From: Escherichia coli
Lineage (GTDB): Bacteria > Pseudomonadota > Gammaproteobacteria > Enterobacterales > Enterobacteriaceae
DNA: 64,000 nucleotides
Strand: one strand, 5' to 3'
NCBI RefSeq assembly: GCF_965641715.1
Contig: NZ_OZ282455.1
Each line of letters begins with the position of its first letter. Position 1 is the first letter of the stretch. Position numbers and translations under genes: made by a program. The notes under the pieces were generated by a model. It made no database searches, was not told where the DNA came from, and saw only the letters and a list, made by a program, of their open reading frames with translations. Positions 1-11,233 of the stretch are shown here, piece by piece.

Positions 1-1077
1 GTGTATAAATACACGGCACAATCGCTCCGCCATAAGCGACAGCTTGTGGCAGGTCTGAAGAATACTCCATATAACGCAGTACACTGGAGTCAGTTAGCAC
101 CCGAAGAGCAGATCCGTTTCTGGGAAGACTATGAAGCGGGAAGGGCGACCACTTTCCTGGTTGAACCGGAAAGGAAGCGCACGAAGCGTCGTCGTGGTGA
201 GCACTCCACCAAACCCAAATGCGAAAATCCGTCCTGGTATCGTCCTGAGCGCTATAAGGCGCTGAGCGGGCAGCTCGGGCACGCCTACAACCGTCTGGTG
301 AAAAAGGACCCGGTGACCGGCGAGCAGAGCCTGCGCATGCACATGTCTCTGCATCCTTTTTACGTGCAGAAACGAACGTATGCCGGTCGCAAATATGCTT
401 TCCGTCCGGAAAAACAACGCCTCCTCGATGCCGTCTGGCCGGTTCTGGTCAGCTTCAGTGATGCGGGCACACATACCGTAGGCATGAGTGTTTCCCGTCT
501 GGCCAGAGAAATCAGCCCGAAAGACAGCAAGGGGAAGGTTATTCCGGAACTGGAAGTGACGGTCTCCCGCCTTTCCCGTTTGCTGGCCGAACAGGTACGT
601 TTTGGTGTGCTGGGTGTTTCAGATGAAACCCTGTGGGACCGTGAAACCCGCCAGCGTCTGCCACGCTACGTCTGGATAACACCGGCAGGCTGGCAGATGC
701 TGGGCGTCGACATGGTAAAACTTCACGAACAGCAGCAGAAACGACTGCGTGAAAGTGAAATCCGCCAGCAGCTCATTCGGGAAGGTGTTCTGCGTGAGGA
801 TGAAGATATCTCCGTACATGCGGCCAGAAAACGCTGGTATCTGCAGCGCAGTCAGGATGCGCTGAAACACCGTCGTGCGAAAGCAGCAGCCAGTAAGCGC
901 GCCAGACGCCTGAAGAAACTGCCTGCCGACCAGCAGATTCATGAGATGGCAGAGTATCTCAGGAAGCGTCTGCCTCCGGATGAAGCCTATTTTTGTTCCG
1001 ATGACCATCTGAAGCGAATGGCCATCAGGGAGTTGCGTCAGCTTGAACTGACGCTGGCTGCCCCGCCACCGCACTAG
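1..1077 (+). CDS. plasmid replication initiation protein (IncFII-RepA/RepZ-like family); 5' end may lie upstream of window
   Basis: ORF begins at window edge (GTG), 358 aa, basic C-terminus; followed by ~900 bp non-coding origin-like region with DnaA box; family assignment by motif-level resemblance only. Confidence 0.5.
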   Translation: MYKYTAQSLRHKRQLVAGLKNTPYNAVHWSQLAPEEQIRFWEDYEAGRATTFLVEPERKRTKRRRGEHSTKPKCENPSWYRPERYKALSGQLGHAYNRLVKKDPVTGEQSLRMHMSLHPFYVQKRTYAGRKYAFRPEKQRLLDAVWPVLVSFSDAGTHTVGMSVSRLAREISPKDSKGKVIPELEVTVSRLSRLLAEQVRFGVLGVSDETLWDRETRQRLPRYVWITPAGWQMLGVDMVKLHEQQQKRLRESEIRQQLIREGVLREDEDISVHAARKRWYLQRSQDALKHRRAKAAASKRARRLKKLPADQQIHEMAEYLRKRLPPDEAYFCSDDHLKRMAIRELRQLELTLAAPPPH

Positions 1078-1079
1078 AC

Positions 1080-1980
1080 AGCACCATTCCCTCAGCACTG
1101 AATCATCACCAGCCCCTCCGGGGCTTTCGGCGCTGGTTCCGCTCAGCCCAAAATCCGCAGTAATCACCTTAAATCCCCTCAGAGGGGCATATCTGCCCAT
1201 AAAACCACGCATCAGTCATCAGAACATGGCCACGTTGTTTCAGTTATCCACATAAATCCGCAAACAAAGAACTTTAAGAAGCTGCAAACCTGAAACAGCA
1301 AACCTGCAATATAGTCTTAACCCCATTATTTAATCCCCTGCGTTGCTTCGCCGCAGGGAAAATCTTTATCTCTGAGACCACTGTGAACAAATACAAAGAG
1401 GCCTTCGCTTGCAGCGGCCAAGGCCGCGCCGCTCAGAATCTAAAAGCACCTCCCACGCTGACGCGCGGGCCCCGAACCTCACCGTTCTGAAACCACAACA
1501 AAAAAACATCAGGAATAAAAACACCACACAAACGCAGCACCGTGCCCACCCCTCATAACTGAAAAGCGAGGCCGCCCCCGCCCAAAGGGCGGGAACAACA
1601 TCGCTTTTAATTATGAATGTTGTAACTACACCTCATCATGGCTGTCAGTGTTCTGGCTGGAAGTATCGAGTACACGCTCGTAAGCGGCCCTAACGGCCCG
1701 CTAACGCGGAGATACGCCCCGACTTCGGGTAAACCCTCGTCGGGACCACTCCGACCGCGCACAGAAGCTCTCTCATGGCTGAAAGCGGGTATGGTCTGGC
1801 AGGGCTGGGGATGGGTAAGGTGAAATCTATCAATCCGTACCGGCTTACGCCGGGCTTCGGCGGTTTCACACCTGTGCTACATGTAACCACCGTATGCCGC
1901 CTTACATGCGCTGACGCGCATTATTTGCCTTGTTCCGTCTGAAAGTAATCACTATGATTAAATATGATTAACAACTAATC
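1080..1980. other. putative replication origin/control region downstream of rep
   Basis: Non-coding; DnaA-box TTATCCACA at 1244-1252; GC-rich hairpin cccgccc-aaag-ggcggg around 1566-1590; position relative to rep matches IncFII/I-complex oriR layout. Confidence 0.35.
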
Positions 1981-1984
1981 GGAT

Positions 1985-2269
1985 ATGCAAATGAAAAACA
2001 ATACCGCACAGGCAACAAAAGTCATTACCGCGCATGTGCCATTACCTATGGCTGATAAAGTCGACCAGATGGCCGCCAGGCTGGAACGCTCCCGGGGCTG
2101 GGTTATCAAACAGGCGCTTTCTGCATGGCTTGCCCAGGAGGAGGAGCGTAATCGCCTGACGCTGGAAGCCCTGGACGATGTGACATCCGGACAGGTTATC
2201 GACCATCAGGCTGTACAGGCCTGGGCGGACAGCCTCAGTACTGACAATCCGTTACCGGTGCCACGCTGA
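1985..2269 (+). CDS. ribbon-helix-helix antitoxin (ParD/RelB-like, YacA-like)
   Basis: 94 aa; stop overlaps start of downstream RelE/ParE-like toxin (TGATG); typical antitoxin-first operon. Confidence 0.6.
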   Translation: MQMKNNTAQATKVITAHVPLPMADKVDQMAARLERSRGWVIKQALSAWLAQEEERNRLTLEALDDVTSGQVIDHQAVQAWADSLSTDNPLPVPR

Positions 2270-2544
2270 TGGAACTGAAGTGGACCAGTAAGGCGCTTTC
2301 TGATTTGGCGCGGTTATATGATTTTCTGGTGCTGGCCAGTAAACCTGCGGCCGCCAGAACGGTGCAATCCCTGACACAGGCACCGGTCATTCTGTTAACT
2401 CATCCACGTATGGGAGAACAGTTGTTTCAGTTTGAACCCAGGGAAGTCAGACGGATTTTTGCTGGCGAGTACGAAATCCGTTACGAACTTAATGGCCAGA
2501 CTATTTATGTATTGCGCCTGTGGCACACACGAGAAAACAGGTAG
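2269..2544 (+). CDS. RelE/ParE-family toxin (YacB-like)
   Basis: 91 aa; C-terminal ...YEIRYELNGQTIYVLRLWHTRENR typical of RelE/ParE fold; translationally coupled to upstream antitoxin. Confidence 0.7.
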   Translation: MELKWTSKALSDLARLYDFLVLASKPAAARTVQSLTQAPVILLTHPRMGEQLFQFEPREVRRIFAGEYEIRYELNGQTIYVLRLWHTRENR

Positions 2545-2573
2545 ATTGTGTGTGGGGACAACTTAACATAGCC

Positions 2574-2654
2574 GGGGTCGTTTGCGGGAGAGGGCGAAAT
2601 CCTACGCTAAGGCTTTGGCCAACGATATTCTCCGGTAAGATTGATGTGTTCCCA
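2574..2654. repeat. Tn5393 terminal inverted repeat (strB-proximal end)
   Basis: Sequence recalled from Tn5393/RSF1010 strB-flanking region; Tn3-family GGGG start. Confidence 0.65.
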
Positions 2655-2679
2655 GGGGATAGGAGAAGTCGCTTGATAT

Positions 2680-3516
2680 CTAGTATGACGTCTGTCGCAC
2701 CTGCTTGATCGCGGCCGCGATAGCTAGATCGCGTTGCTCCTCTTCTCCATCCGCGTTCCAAGCTGCGGAAAGGCACCCATAAGCGTACGCCTGGTCGAGC
2801 AGGCGACGCGGATCGACGTCCAGCGCACGAGAGAATGCGTCCGCCATCTGTGCAATGCGTCTAGGATCGAGACAAAGGTCGTCTCTGTCAGCCGGATCGT
2901 AGAACATATTGGCGGCGCCAAAGCCCACTTCACCGACCAGACCGACGGGATCTATCACCAGCCAGCCGCGACTGGAGAACATGATGTTTTCATGATGCAG
3001 ATCGCCATGTAGCCCACGCAGTTCCGAGGCATTGCTCATCATTTGATCGGCTATAATCGCCGCGTGGACGTAGTCAGTTTGACAACCTGCGTTTTGATCA
3101 TCGCGCGCCCGCTGAAACAAAGCTGCAAAGCGATCCCGGATCGGGAGAAGGGCAGAAGGCAGGGGTTCCTCAGATGCGGCATACAGCTTCGCCATTAGTT
3201 CCGCTGCAATTTCGGTCGCCTGGTAGTCGCCGTGCTCGGCAACGATGTGAGAGAGCATTCGCTCCCCGGCATATTCGAGCAACATCAGATTGTTCTCACG
3301 ACCGAGCAACCGGACTGCTCCCCTCCCATTGCGCCATACCAGATAGTCGGCCCCGCGCAGTTCATCAGCAATGTCTTCTATAGGTTTCAATCCCTTGACG
3401 ATTGCAGGAGTCCCGTCTGGCAATGAAACTTTCCAAACGAGGCTGGAAAAGGTGTCCGCAATGAGAACAGGTTGCGAAACGTGCCAATGAGCAGGAAAAA
3501 CAGGCGGCATGAACAT
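2680..3516 (-). CDS. strB: aminoglycoside 6-phosphotransferase APH(6)-Id (streptomycin resistance)
   Basis: Translation from internal Met MFMPPVFPAHWHVSQPV... to ...AAAIKQVRQTSY matches StrB as recalled. Confidence 0.95.
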   Translation of the reverse strand: MFMPPVFPAHWHVSQPVLIADTFSSLVWKVSLPDGTPAIVKGLKPIEDIADELRGADYLVWRNGRGAVRLLGRENNLMLLEYAGERMLSHIVAEHGDYQATEIAAELMAKLYAASEEPLPSALLPIRDRFAALFQRARDDQNAGCQTDYVHAAIIADQMMSNASELRGLHGDLHHENIMFSSRGWLVIDPVGLVGEVGFGAANMFYDPADRDDLCLDPRRIAQMADAFSRALDVDPRRLLDQAYAYGCLSAAWNADGEEEQRDLAIAAAIKQVRQTSY

Positions 3517-4319
3517 CAACCCCAAGTCAGAGGGTCCAATCGCAGATAGAAGGCAAGGCGTTCGCGGTCGGGGGCTTCGATCCCCAATACATTGAATAGG
3601 ACAGCGAAGGCGCGCTCTGCTTCATCTGGCGCTGCCCAGTTCTCTTCGGCGTTAGCAATCATGAGTGCCAAATCGGCATAGCGATCTGCTGTTCCGAGCC
3701 GCCCAAGGTCGATCAGACCCGTGCATTGAAGAGTTTTAGGGTCCACCATGAAGTTCGGCATGCAGGGATCACCATGGCAAACAACCATATCGGTGCGCTC
3801 TTGGTCGAGCCGCACCGGTAGCTCTCGTTCGACACGAGCCAAAAGATCGAGCTGCGGCGTACTCTTGTCCTCGTCCGGTAAGAAGTCGGGATTGACGGCA
3901 TTGCGGGACACCACATCAACGGCGCGTCCGAACATTCGCGACAGCCTGCGCTCAAACGGACATTGATCAACCGATAGGCTGTGAACAGCGCCAAGTTGCT
4001 GCCCCATTGACGGCCACGCTTTGAGCAAATCCGCTCCAGACAGATCAGCCGCCGGTACTCCCGGAATTGCCGTTATCACCAAGCATGCACCCTCCTGTTC
4101 CTCCTGCCAGTTGATCACCTCGGGGCAAGCCACACCTCGACCTTTGAGCCAAATGAGGCGGTCACGCTCTCCAGCGAGCTCACCGCGGCGGGAAGCAGGT
4201 GCGATTTTCGCGAAGGCATGCCCGTCACCACGTCGAAAAACAAAATCACCAGATTCTCCGCCTCTGACAGGCAACCAGTCAGAATGCGATTCACCAAAAA
4301 AAATATTAGTTCGATTCAA
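3516..4319 (-). CDS. strA: aminoglycoside 3''-phosphotransferase APH(3'')-Ib (streptomycin resistance)
   Basis: Translation (L/M)NRTNIFFGESHSDWLPVRGG...RLDPLTWG matches StrA; TTG start at 4319; six-frame ORF extends artificially upstream to 4505. Confidence 0.93.
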   Translation of the reverse strand: MNRTNIFFGESHSDWLPVRGGESGDFVFRRGDGHAFAKIAPASRRGELAGERDRLIWLKGRGVACPEVINWQEEQEGACLVITAIPGVPAADLSGADLLKAWPSMGQQLGAVHSLSVDQCPFERRLSRMFGRAVDVVSRNAVNPDFLPDEDKSTPQLDLLARVERELPVRLDQERTDMVVCHGDPCMPNFMVDPKTLQCTGLIDLGRLGTADRYADLALMIANAEENWAAPDEAERAFAVLFNVLGIEAPDRERLAFYLRLDPLTWG

Positions 4320-4425
4320 TGGAGGTTCCTTCAGTTTTCTGATGAAGCGCGGAGGTGGCTCAACCTGCGAAAAGAAACGAGTTGCTATGGACTTGCACCG
4401 GTTGTGTTCCGGTCTATCTCTCATT

Positions 4426-5283
4426 TTAAGCGGCTTTTTTCTCAAATGCCACCGGCGATTTCCAGCCGAGTGTTGAATGTCTTCGGCGTGGATTATAAAA
4501 GCCATTTATATATTCGAAGATTGCAATCTCAATATCTCGCCTTGTTTGCCAGTGTCTGCGCCAAATCAACTCAGCCTTTAATGATTTAAAGAAGCTTTCT
4601 ACTGCGGAGTTATCAAAACAATTGCCTTTCCCGCTCATGGACGGCAGCAATTGATGTTTGAGCAGTAGCTTTTGATATTCATGAGCGCAATATTGGCTCC
4701 CACGGTCTGTGTGTTGAATACAACCCGGTGGTGGTTTGCGTAAAGCCAACGCCATATTCAGTGCCCTTAATGCAAGATCCTGCTTTAATCGATCACCTGT
4801 TGCCCAGCCAATCACGCGACGGGAATACAGGTCAAGGATAACAGCAAGATAGACCCATCCTTCTCTGGTCCAAACATAAGTGATATCGCCTGCCCATTTC
4901 TGGTTGGGTGCGCTTGCGCTAAAGTCTTGTTTTAATAGGTTCGGTGCAATGTTGAAGGTATGATGACTATCCGTTGTCCGTTTGAATTTACGCGTTCGAA
5001 CAACTGTAATGTTATTCTGGCGCATCAAACGTCCAACCCGACGCTGCCCAACCTGCAGGCCCAGCGCTTTCAACTCTTCTGTCATACGCGGCCTACCATA
5101 GCTCCCCAAACACAACCGATGCTGCTCACGTATATGCGCTAGAAGTATAAGATCACGACGCTGGCGCAGTGATGGAGGACGGCGTTTCCATGCACGTAAA
5201 CCACGATCTGTTACGCCCATCAAACGACATATGCGTGAACGTGAGAGAGAGCCACGGTAATCCGTAATAAACTGAAATCTCAC
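4426..5283 (-). CDS. IS3-family transposase OrfB (DDE integrase domain)
   Basis: 285 aa; motifs ...NQKWAGDITYV...HTDRGSQY...NSAVESFF... typical IS3 OrfB; start overlaps orfA stop. Confidence 0.85.
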   Translation of the reverse strand: MRFQFITDYRGSLSRSRICRLMGVTDRGLRAWKRRPPSLRQRRDLILLAHIREQHRLCLGSYGRPRMTEELKALGLQVGQRRVGRLMRQNNITVVRTRKFKRTTDSHHTFNIAPNLLKQDFSASAPNQKWAGDITYVWTREGWVYLAVILDLYSRRVIGWATGDRLKQDLALRALNMALALRKPPPGCIQHTDRGSQYCAHEYQKLLLKHQLLPSMSGKGNCFDNSAVESFFKSLKAELIWRRHWQTRRDIEIAIFEYINGFYNPRRRHSTLGWKSPVAFEKKAA

Positions 5284-5533
5284 AGCTTTTGTACTGCGAA
5301 AAATATTGCTGCCTTTTTTAATATCTCCCTCTCCTCCCGAAGGATACGGTTCTCTTTGCGTAAACGTTCATTCTCACGCAGAAGATCAGTGTCTTGGGTA
5401 GGAATTTTAGTTTCATCGGAAATTGATGCGATCCATTTCCCAAGCGTGGAAAGCCCAATACTTAAATCTGACGCAACTTGACGGCGTGTTAAGCCACTAG
5501 TGAGTGCTATGCGAACTGCATCACGCTTAAATT
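5280..5533 (-). pseudogene. IS3-family OrfA, N-terminally truncated
   Basis: HTH/leucine-zipper OrfA-like sequence ...FKRDAVRIALTSGLTRRQVASDL... without start; upstream in-frame codons are encoded by the Tn1722-like IR. Confidence 0.55.
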
Positions 5534-5571
5534 GGGGAGCCCGCAGAATTCGGAAAAAATCGTACGCTAAG
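5534..5571. repeat. Tn1721/Tn1722-type 38-bp terminal inverted repeat (tnpA end)
   Basis: GGGGAGCCCGCAGAATTCGGAAAAAATCGTACGCTAAG. Confidence 0.85.
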
Positions 5572-6283
5572 GTTTTCCGGGCATCCGTAAGGGCCGAAAC
5601 TTCCCGTCTTCCAGTCTGCGGCTCTGCCGCCAGACGTAATCGCCGGTTAGGTTGATGTGCTCCCAGCCCAGCGGCGACAGGAATTGCAGCAGCTCGCCGT
5701 CCACCGGCTTGCCGGCCTCGACCAACCCCTGGGTGGCGCGTTCCAGGTACACCGTGTTCCACAGCACGATAGCCGCCGTCACCAGGTTGAGGCCGCTGGC
5801 CCGGTAGCGCTGCTGCTCGAAGCTCCGATCCCTGATTTCCCCAAGGCGGTTGAAGAACACCGCCCTGGCCAGCGAGTTGCGCGCCTCACCTTTGTTCAGG
5901 CCGGCATGCACGCGGCGGCGCAGTTCAACACTTTGCAGCCAGTCCAGGATGAACAGCGTGCGCTCGATCCGGCCCAGCTCGCGCAGGGCCACGGCCAGTC
6001 CGTTCTGGCGCGGGTAGCTGCCGAGCTTGCGCAGCATCAGCGAGGCGGTGACGGTGCCCTGCTTGATCGAGCTGGCCAGGCGCAGGATGTCGTCCCAGTG
6101 GGCACGCACGTGCTTGATGTTCAGGGTGCCGCCGATCAGCGGGCGCAACGTCGGGTAGGCTTGCACGCCCTGCGGCACGTACAGCTTGGTTTCGCCGAGG
6201 TCGCGGATGCGCGGCGCGAAGCGGAAGCCTAGCAGGTGCATCAGGGCAAAGACGTGATCGGTGAAGCCGGCCGTGTCGGTGTA
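5567..6283 (-). pseudogene. tnpA: Tn1721-like TnpA, C-terminal fragment (split by Tn2 insertion)
   Basis: Translation ...[13 protein letters not shown]...[12 protein letters not shown]... is the Tn21-subfamily TnpA C-terminus; stop inside terminal IR. Confidence 0.85.
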
Positions 6284-6321
6284 GGGGTCTGACGCTCAGT
6301 GGAACGAAAACTCACGTTAAG
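6284..6321. repeat. Tn3-family 38-bp terminal inverted repeat (tnpA end of Tn2)
   Basis: GGGGTCTGACGCTCAGTGGAACGAAAACTCACGTTAAG. Confidence 0.95.
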
Positions 6322-9300
6322 CAACGTTTTCTGCCTCTGACGCCTCTTTTAATGGTCTCAGATGTCCTTTGGTCACCAGTTCTGCCAGCGTGAAGGAATA
6401 ATGGCCGAGCATATTGATATGTCCGTGGCAAAGCGGGGAGAGGCGTGCGATATCTTCATCATTCAGTGTTTCACCCTGCGCCCGGAGATGATCCAGGGCT
6501 GCCTGCATATAAATAGTGTTCCATAACACGACGGCGTTAGTGACCAGCCCCAGTGCGCCCAGTTGATCTTCCTGACCGTCGGTATATCGTTTTCTTATCT
6601 CACCTTTTTGACCGTGACAGATGGCTCTGGCAACGGCATGGCGACTTTCTCCCCGATTAAGCTGGGTCAGAATGCGCCGGCGGTAATCTTCATCATCAAT
6701 ATAATTAAGCAGATACAGCGTTTTGTTGATGCGCCCCACTTCAATGATTGCCTGAGTCAGTCCGGAAGGACGTTCACTTTTCAGCAATGAACGGACCAGC
6801 ACTGAAGCCTGTACTTTGCCCAGCTTCAGGGAGCCAGCGGTCCGGATCATTTCGTCCCACTGAAGGACTATTTTTCGGGGATCTGATTGCCCTCTGGCAA
6901 TATCATTCAGCACGCCATAGTCGGCATCATGGTCCATTCGCCAGAAAACCGAAGCACCGGCATCAGCCAGGCGTGGAGAAAACTGGTATCCCAGCAGCCA
7001 GAAAAGGCCAAAGACAAGTTCGCTGGCACCTGCTGTATCGGTCATAATTTCGGTTGGATTCAGCCCGGTCTCCTGTTCCAGAAGACCTTCCAGCACAAAG
7101 ATAGAGTCCCTCAGCGTCCCCGGTATAACGATGCCATGAAAGCCGGAATACTGATCGGACACAAAGTTGTACCAGGTGATCCCTCTGTTATTACCAAAGT
7201 ATTTGCGGTTCGGTCCGGCATTGATTGTTCTGACTGGCGTAACAAAGCGCATTCCATCTGCAGATGCCACTTCTCCTCCACCCCATATCTGTGCCAGTGG
7301 CAGCGTTGCCTGAAAATCAACCAGTCTGGCATTAGCGCTGGTGATAGTTTCAGCCCGCAGATAGTTCGCTTTTGTCCAGTTCAGCCGGTGTCGGGTCAGT
7401 GCAGGAACATTTGATCTGATCAGTGGTTCCAGACCGATATTGCAGGCTTCAGCCATCAGCACGGCGCTGATGCTGACGGGCAGATCATCAACTCTGGCAC
7501 TGGCTTCACTAGCATGGAAAAACTCATCAGCAAATCCGGTATGGGCGTTAATTTCGAGCAGCAACTCCGTTAAATCCACCGGAGGGAGTAGATCACTGAT
7601 CATTTTGCTCAGTCGTTTCAGACTGTCCGGCTCATCAAGACTGGCGAGGGGAGAAATTGTCAACCGGGGCTTCGGGCCAGAAACATCGAGTTCGACAGCC
7701 TCATTTTCGCAAAGACGTGCAGCAACCTGTCTGTAACGACTATCAAGCTGATGACCCAGAGATTTTATTGCTTCCTGCGGGTCTGTCGGGTGCCCCAAAG
7801 AACGATAAACCTTAATCCGGTTTGCCTGCCAGTCAGCACCCTGTAGTAATCTTGCACGAGGATCTCCCCACCGGTTACTGCCGGTAACGTAGACATCCCT
7901 CCGCCTCAGACTATCCTGCAGTTTACTGAGAAAGCAGAGCGTGTATCCCCTGCGGGTGATATGTTTTTCCTTGTTAATCACCAGCCGTTTCCATGACCGA
8001 CTGATAATTTCCGTTGGTGCGTCGTCAAAAAACTGCCGCCGTGAGCTGAACTCCCGGCTGAGGTAGTCACAGGCATTCAGAGTGGTAACCCCGGCAGGTG
8101 CGGATGAAAATTTAACGGTATTCAGCAGATGGGGCAGGAAACGACGAACGCGCCCGTACTGCTCCACCATTTCTTCATGAAAATTATCGTCTGAGGGCCG
8201 GGCAATTTCACGGACAAGCGTGATGATTTCAGCCAGCTTTTGCCTTGGGATGTAGCTGAACACCTCAGCACGAATCGATTCGTCCGGTGTTTCTTCTTTC
8301 AGCAGGTACGAACATGCGCTGGCGAGCGCCAATGCAGATTTATCCAGATCCTTCAGCGAGCGGAGCCGTTTTTTCTGCCCAATCTTTCTGGCGTCACGGA
8401 TGATAACGGCCAGCATGGCGTCCAGAACGTCCAATGCATCATCCAGCGCCAGCGTTTCCCATGCAAGGACAAAGGCAACCAGAACCGCCATCCTTTTCTG
8501 CGGTGACATCCTGGCAATATTGAACACCGAAGTCATACCAGCATAACGTGCGAGATTTTTCAGGCGCACAGCCGGGAGTGTACTCAGGTTTTCAGCATGC
8601 AGGCCAAAATCGTTCAGAGTTTTCCAGCGTTCAATTGCTTCATTAAACGCCGGACCACTGATGGTCACAGGGCCCTTTTTCAGTGATTCCAGTAAAGACA
8701 GGCGGCTGCAATCAGTTGGCCCCAGCAGCATCTCCAGCTGTGAACGCTGTTCGGCTGACGGTATCAGTGCCAGTTTGTTCCACAGGCGCAACGTCGCCTT
8801 TTCCCTTACCTCTGAAATCAACCGGGTCAGCGTAGTGGCTCCGGGGAGAATAATACGATGTTGCATAAGCCACCCTGTCGCCAGATCGAAAAGCAGGCCA
8901 GGACGTTCGTTGCTTATCCAGCTCCGGGTATATAAAAGACGGGTAAGGCGAAATGTCCAGGGCCAGGCAAATTCACGATACTGATAGTGCTGACGTATCA
9001 GCGCTGCATGCTCACGGCGGGTATTTTCCCTCTGACCGTATTCTGCAAGAACGGTGATATCACGAATCCCGAGCTGTCTGGCGGTAAAATGCCGGACGCC
9101 GGAAGGAATATGATTCATATCGGTGAGGAAGGTGCCCAGAAAACGGACACATCCAATTTGCAGGGCAATGCCCAGACGGTTGTGATCACCTCTGCTTTTT
9201 CCGATAAATTCCTTGTCTGCTTCATCAAGGTGAAAATATCGTGCCAGCTGAAGCTCATCCGGTTCACCGGTGAATCTGCCATAGCTTTCAGTCTGCTCAG

Positions 9301-9322
9301 TGGTCAGAAAGTCAACGGGCAT
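6317..9322 (-). CDS. tnpA: Tn3/Tn2 transposase TnpA
   Basis: 1001 aa from MPVDFLTTEQTESYGRF... to ...LKEASEAENVA; six-frame ORF is extended 53 codons upstream. Confidence 0.95.
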   Translation of the reverse strand: MPVDFLTTEQTESYGRFTGEPDELQLARYFHLDEADKEFIGKSRGDHNRLGIALQIGCVRFLGTFLTDMNHIPSGVRHFTARQLGIRDITVLAEYGQRENTRREHAALIRQHYQYREFAWPWTFRLTRLLYTRSWISNERPGLLFDLATGWLMQHRIILPGATTLTRLISEVREKATLRLWNKLALIPSAEQRSQLEMLLGPTDCSRLSLLESLKKGPVTISGPAFNEAIERWKTLNDFGLHAENLSTLPAVRLKNLARYAGMTSVFNIARMSPQKRMAVLVAFVLAWETLALDDALDVLDAMLAVIIRDARKIGQKKRLRSLKDLDKSALALASACSYLLKEETPDESIRAEVFSYIPRQKLAEIITLVREIARPSDDNFHEEMVEQYGRVRRFLPHLLNTVKFSSAPAGVTTLNACDYLSREFSSRRQFFDDAPTEIISRSWKRLVINKEKHITRRGYTLCFLSKLQDSLRRRDVYVTGSNRWGDPRARLLQGADWQANRIKVYRSLGHPTDPQEAIKSLGHQLDSRYRQVAARLCENEAVELDVSGPKPRLTISPLASLDEPDSLKRLSKMISDLLPPVDLTELLLEINAHTGFADEFFHASEASARVDDLPVSISAVLMAEACNIGLEPLIRSNVPALTRHRLNWTKANYLRAETITSANARLVDFQATLPLAQIWGGGEVASADGMRFVTPVRTINAGPNRKYFGNNRGITWYNFVSDQYSGFHGIVIPGTLRDSIFVLEGLLEQETGLNPTEIMTDTAGASELVFGLFWLLGYQFSPRLADAGASVFWRMDHDADYGVLNDIARGQSDPRKIVLQWDEMIRTAGSLKLGKVQASVLVRSLLKSERPSGLTQAIIEVGRINKTLYLLNYIDDEDYRRRILTQLNRGESRHAVARAICHGQKGEIRKRYTDGQEDQLGALGLVTNAVVLWNTIYMQAALDHLRAQGETLNDEDIARLSPLCHGHINMLGHYSFTLAELVTKGHLRPLKEASEAENVA

Positions 9323-10043
<721 letters not shown>

Positions 10044-10149
10044 TACGCCTATTTTTATAGGTTAATGTCATGATAATAATGGTTTCTTAGACGTCAGGTG
10101 GCACTTTTCGGGGAAATGTGCGCGGAACCCCTATTTGTTTATTTTTCTA

Positions 10150-11086
<937 letters not shown>

Positions 11087-11195
11087 CTGTCAGACCAAGT
11101 TTACTCATATATACTTTAGATTGATTTAAAACTTCATTTTTAATTTAAAAGGATCTAGGTGAAGATCCTTTTTGATAATCTCATGACCAAAATCC

Positions 11196-11233
11196 CTTAA
11201 CGTGAGTTTTCGTTCCACTGAGCGTCAGACCCC
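11196..11233. repeat. Tn3-family 38-bp terminal inverted repeat (bla end of Tn2)
   Basis: CTTAACGTGAGTTTTCGTTCCACTGAGCGTCAGACCCC. Confidence 0.95.

Larger units (their letters stand above)
2574..5533. mobile_element. truncated Tn5393-like transposon remnant (IR-strB-strA-IS1133-like element), cut off by Tn1722-like IR
   Basis: Tn5393/RSF1010-type terminal IR GGGGTCGTTTGCGGGAGAGGGCGAAATCCTACGCTAAGG starting 2574 immediately 3' of strB; strA-strB pair; IS3-family element upstream of strA; no tnpA/tnpR of Tn5393 present. Confidence 0.7.
4330..5533 (-). mobile_element. IS3-family insertion sequence (IS1133-like), left end truncated; boundaries approximate
   Basis: orfA/orfB arrangement with DDE transposase; position immediately upstream of strA as in Tn5393a; orfA lacks N-terminus and is replaced by Tn1722-like IR at 5534. 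Confidence 0.55.

Noticed and set aside
2574-4319. sul2 upstream of strA-strB (common RSF1010-type linkage)
   Set aside because: No sul2-like ORF is present; strA is preceded by an IS3-family element instead.
3516-4505. 329-aa extended strA ORF starting at ATG 4505
   Set aside because: The N-terminal 62 residues are translated from IS3-family element sequence; authentic StrA begins at the TTG at 4319.
5280-5762. 160-aa ORF apparently encoding a complete IS OrfA
   Set aside because: Only the C-terminal ~84 codons are OrfA-like; upstream codons are read-through of the Tn1722-like IR and tnpA antisense, so orfA is truncated.
5657-6232. 191-aa plus-strand ORF inside the tnpA C-terminal fragment
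   Set aside because: Antisense shadow ORF with a low-complexity Ala/Gln/Arg-rich translation.
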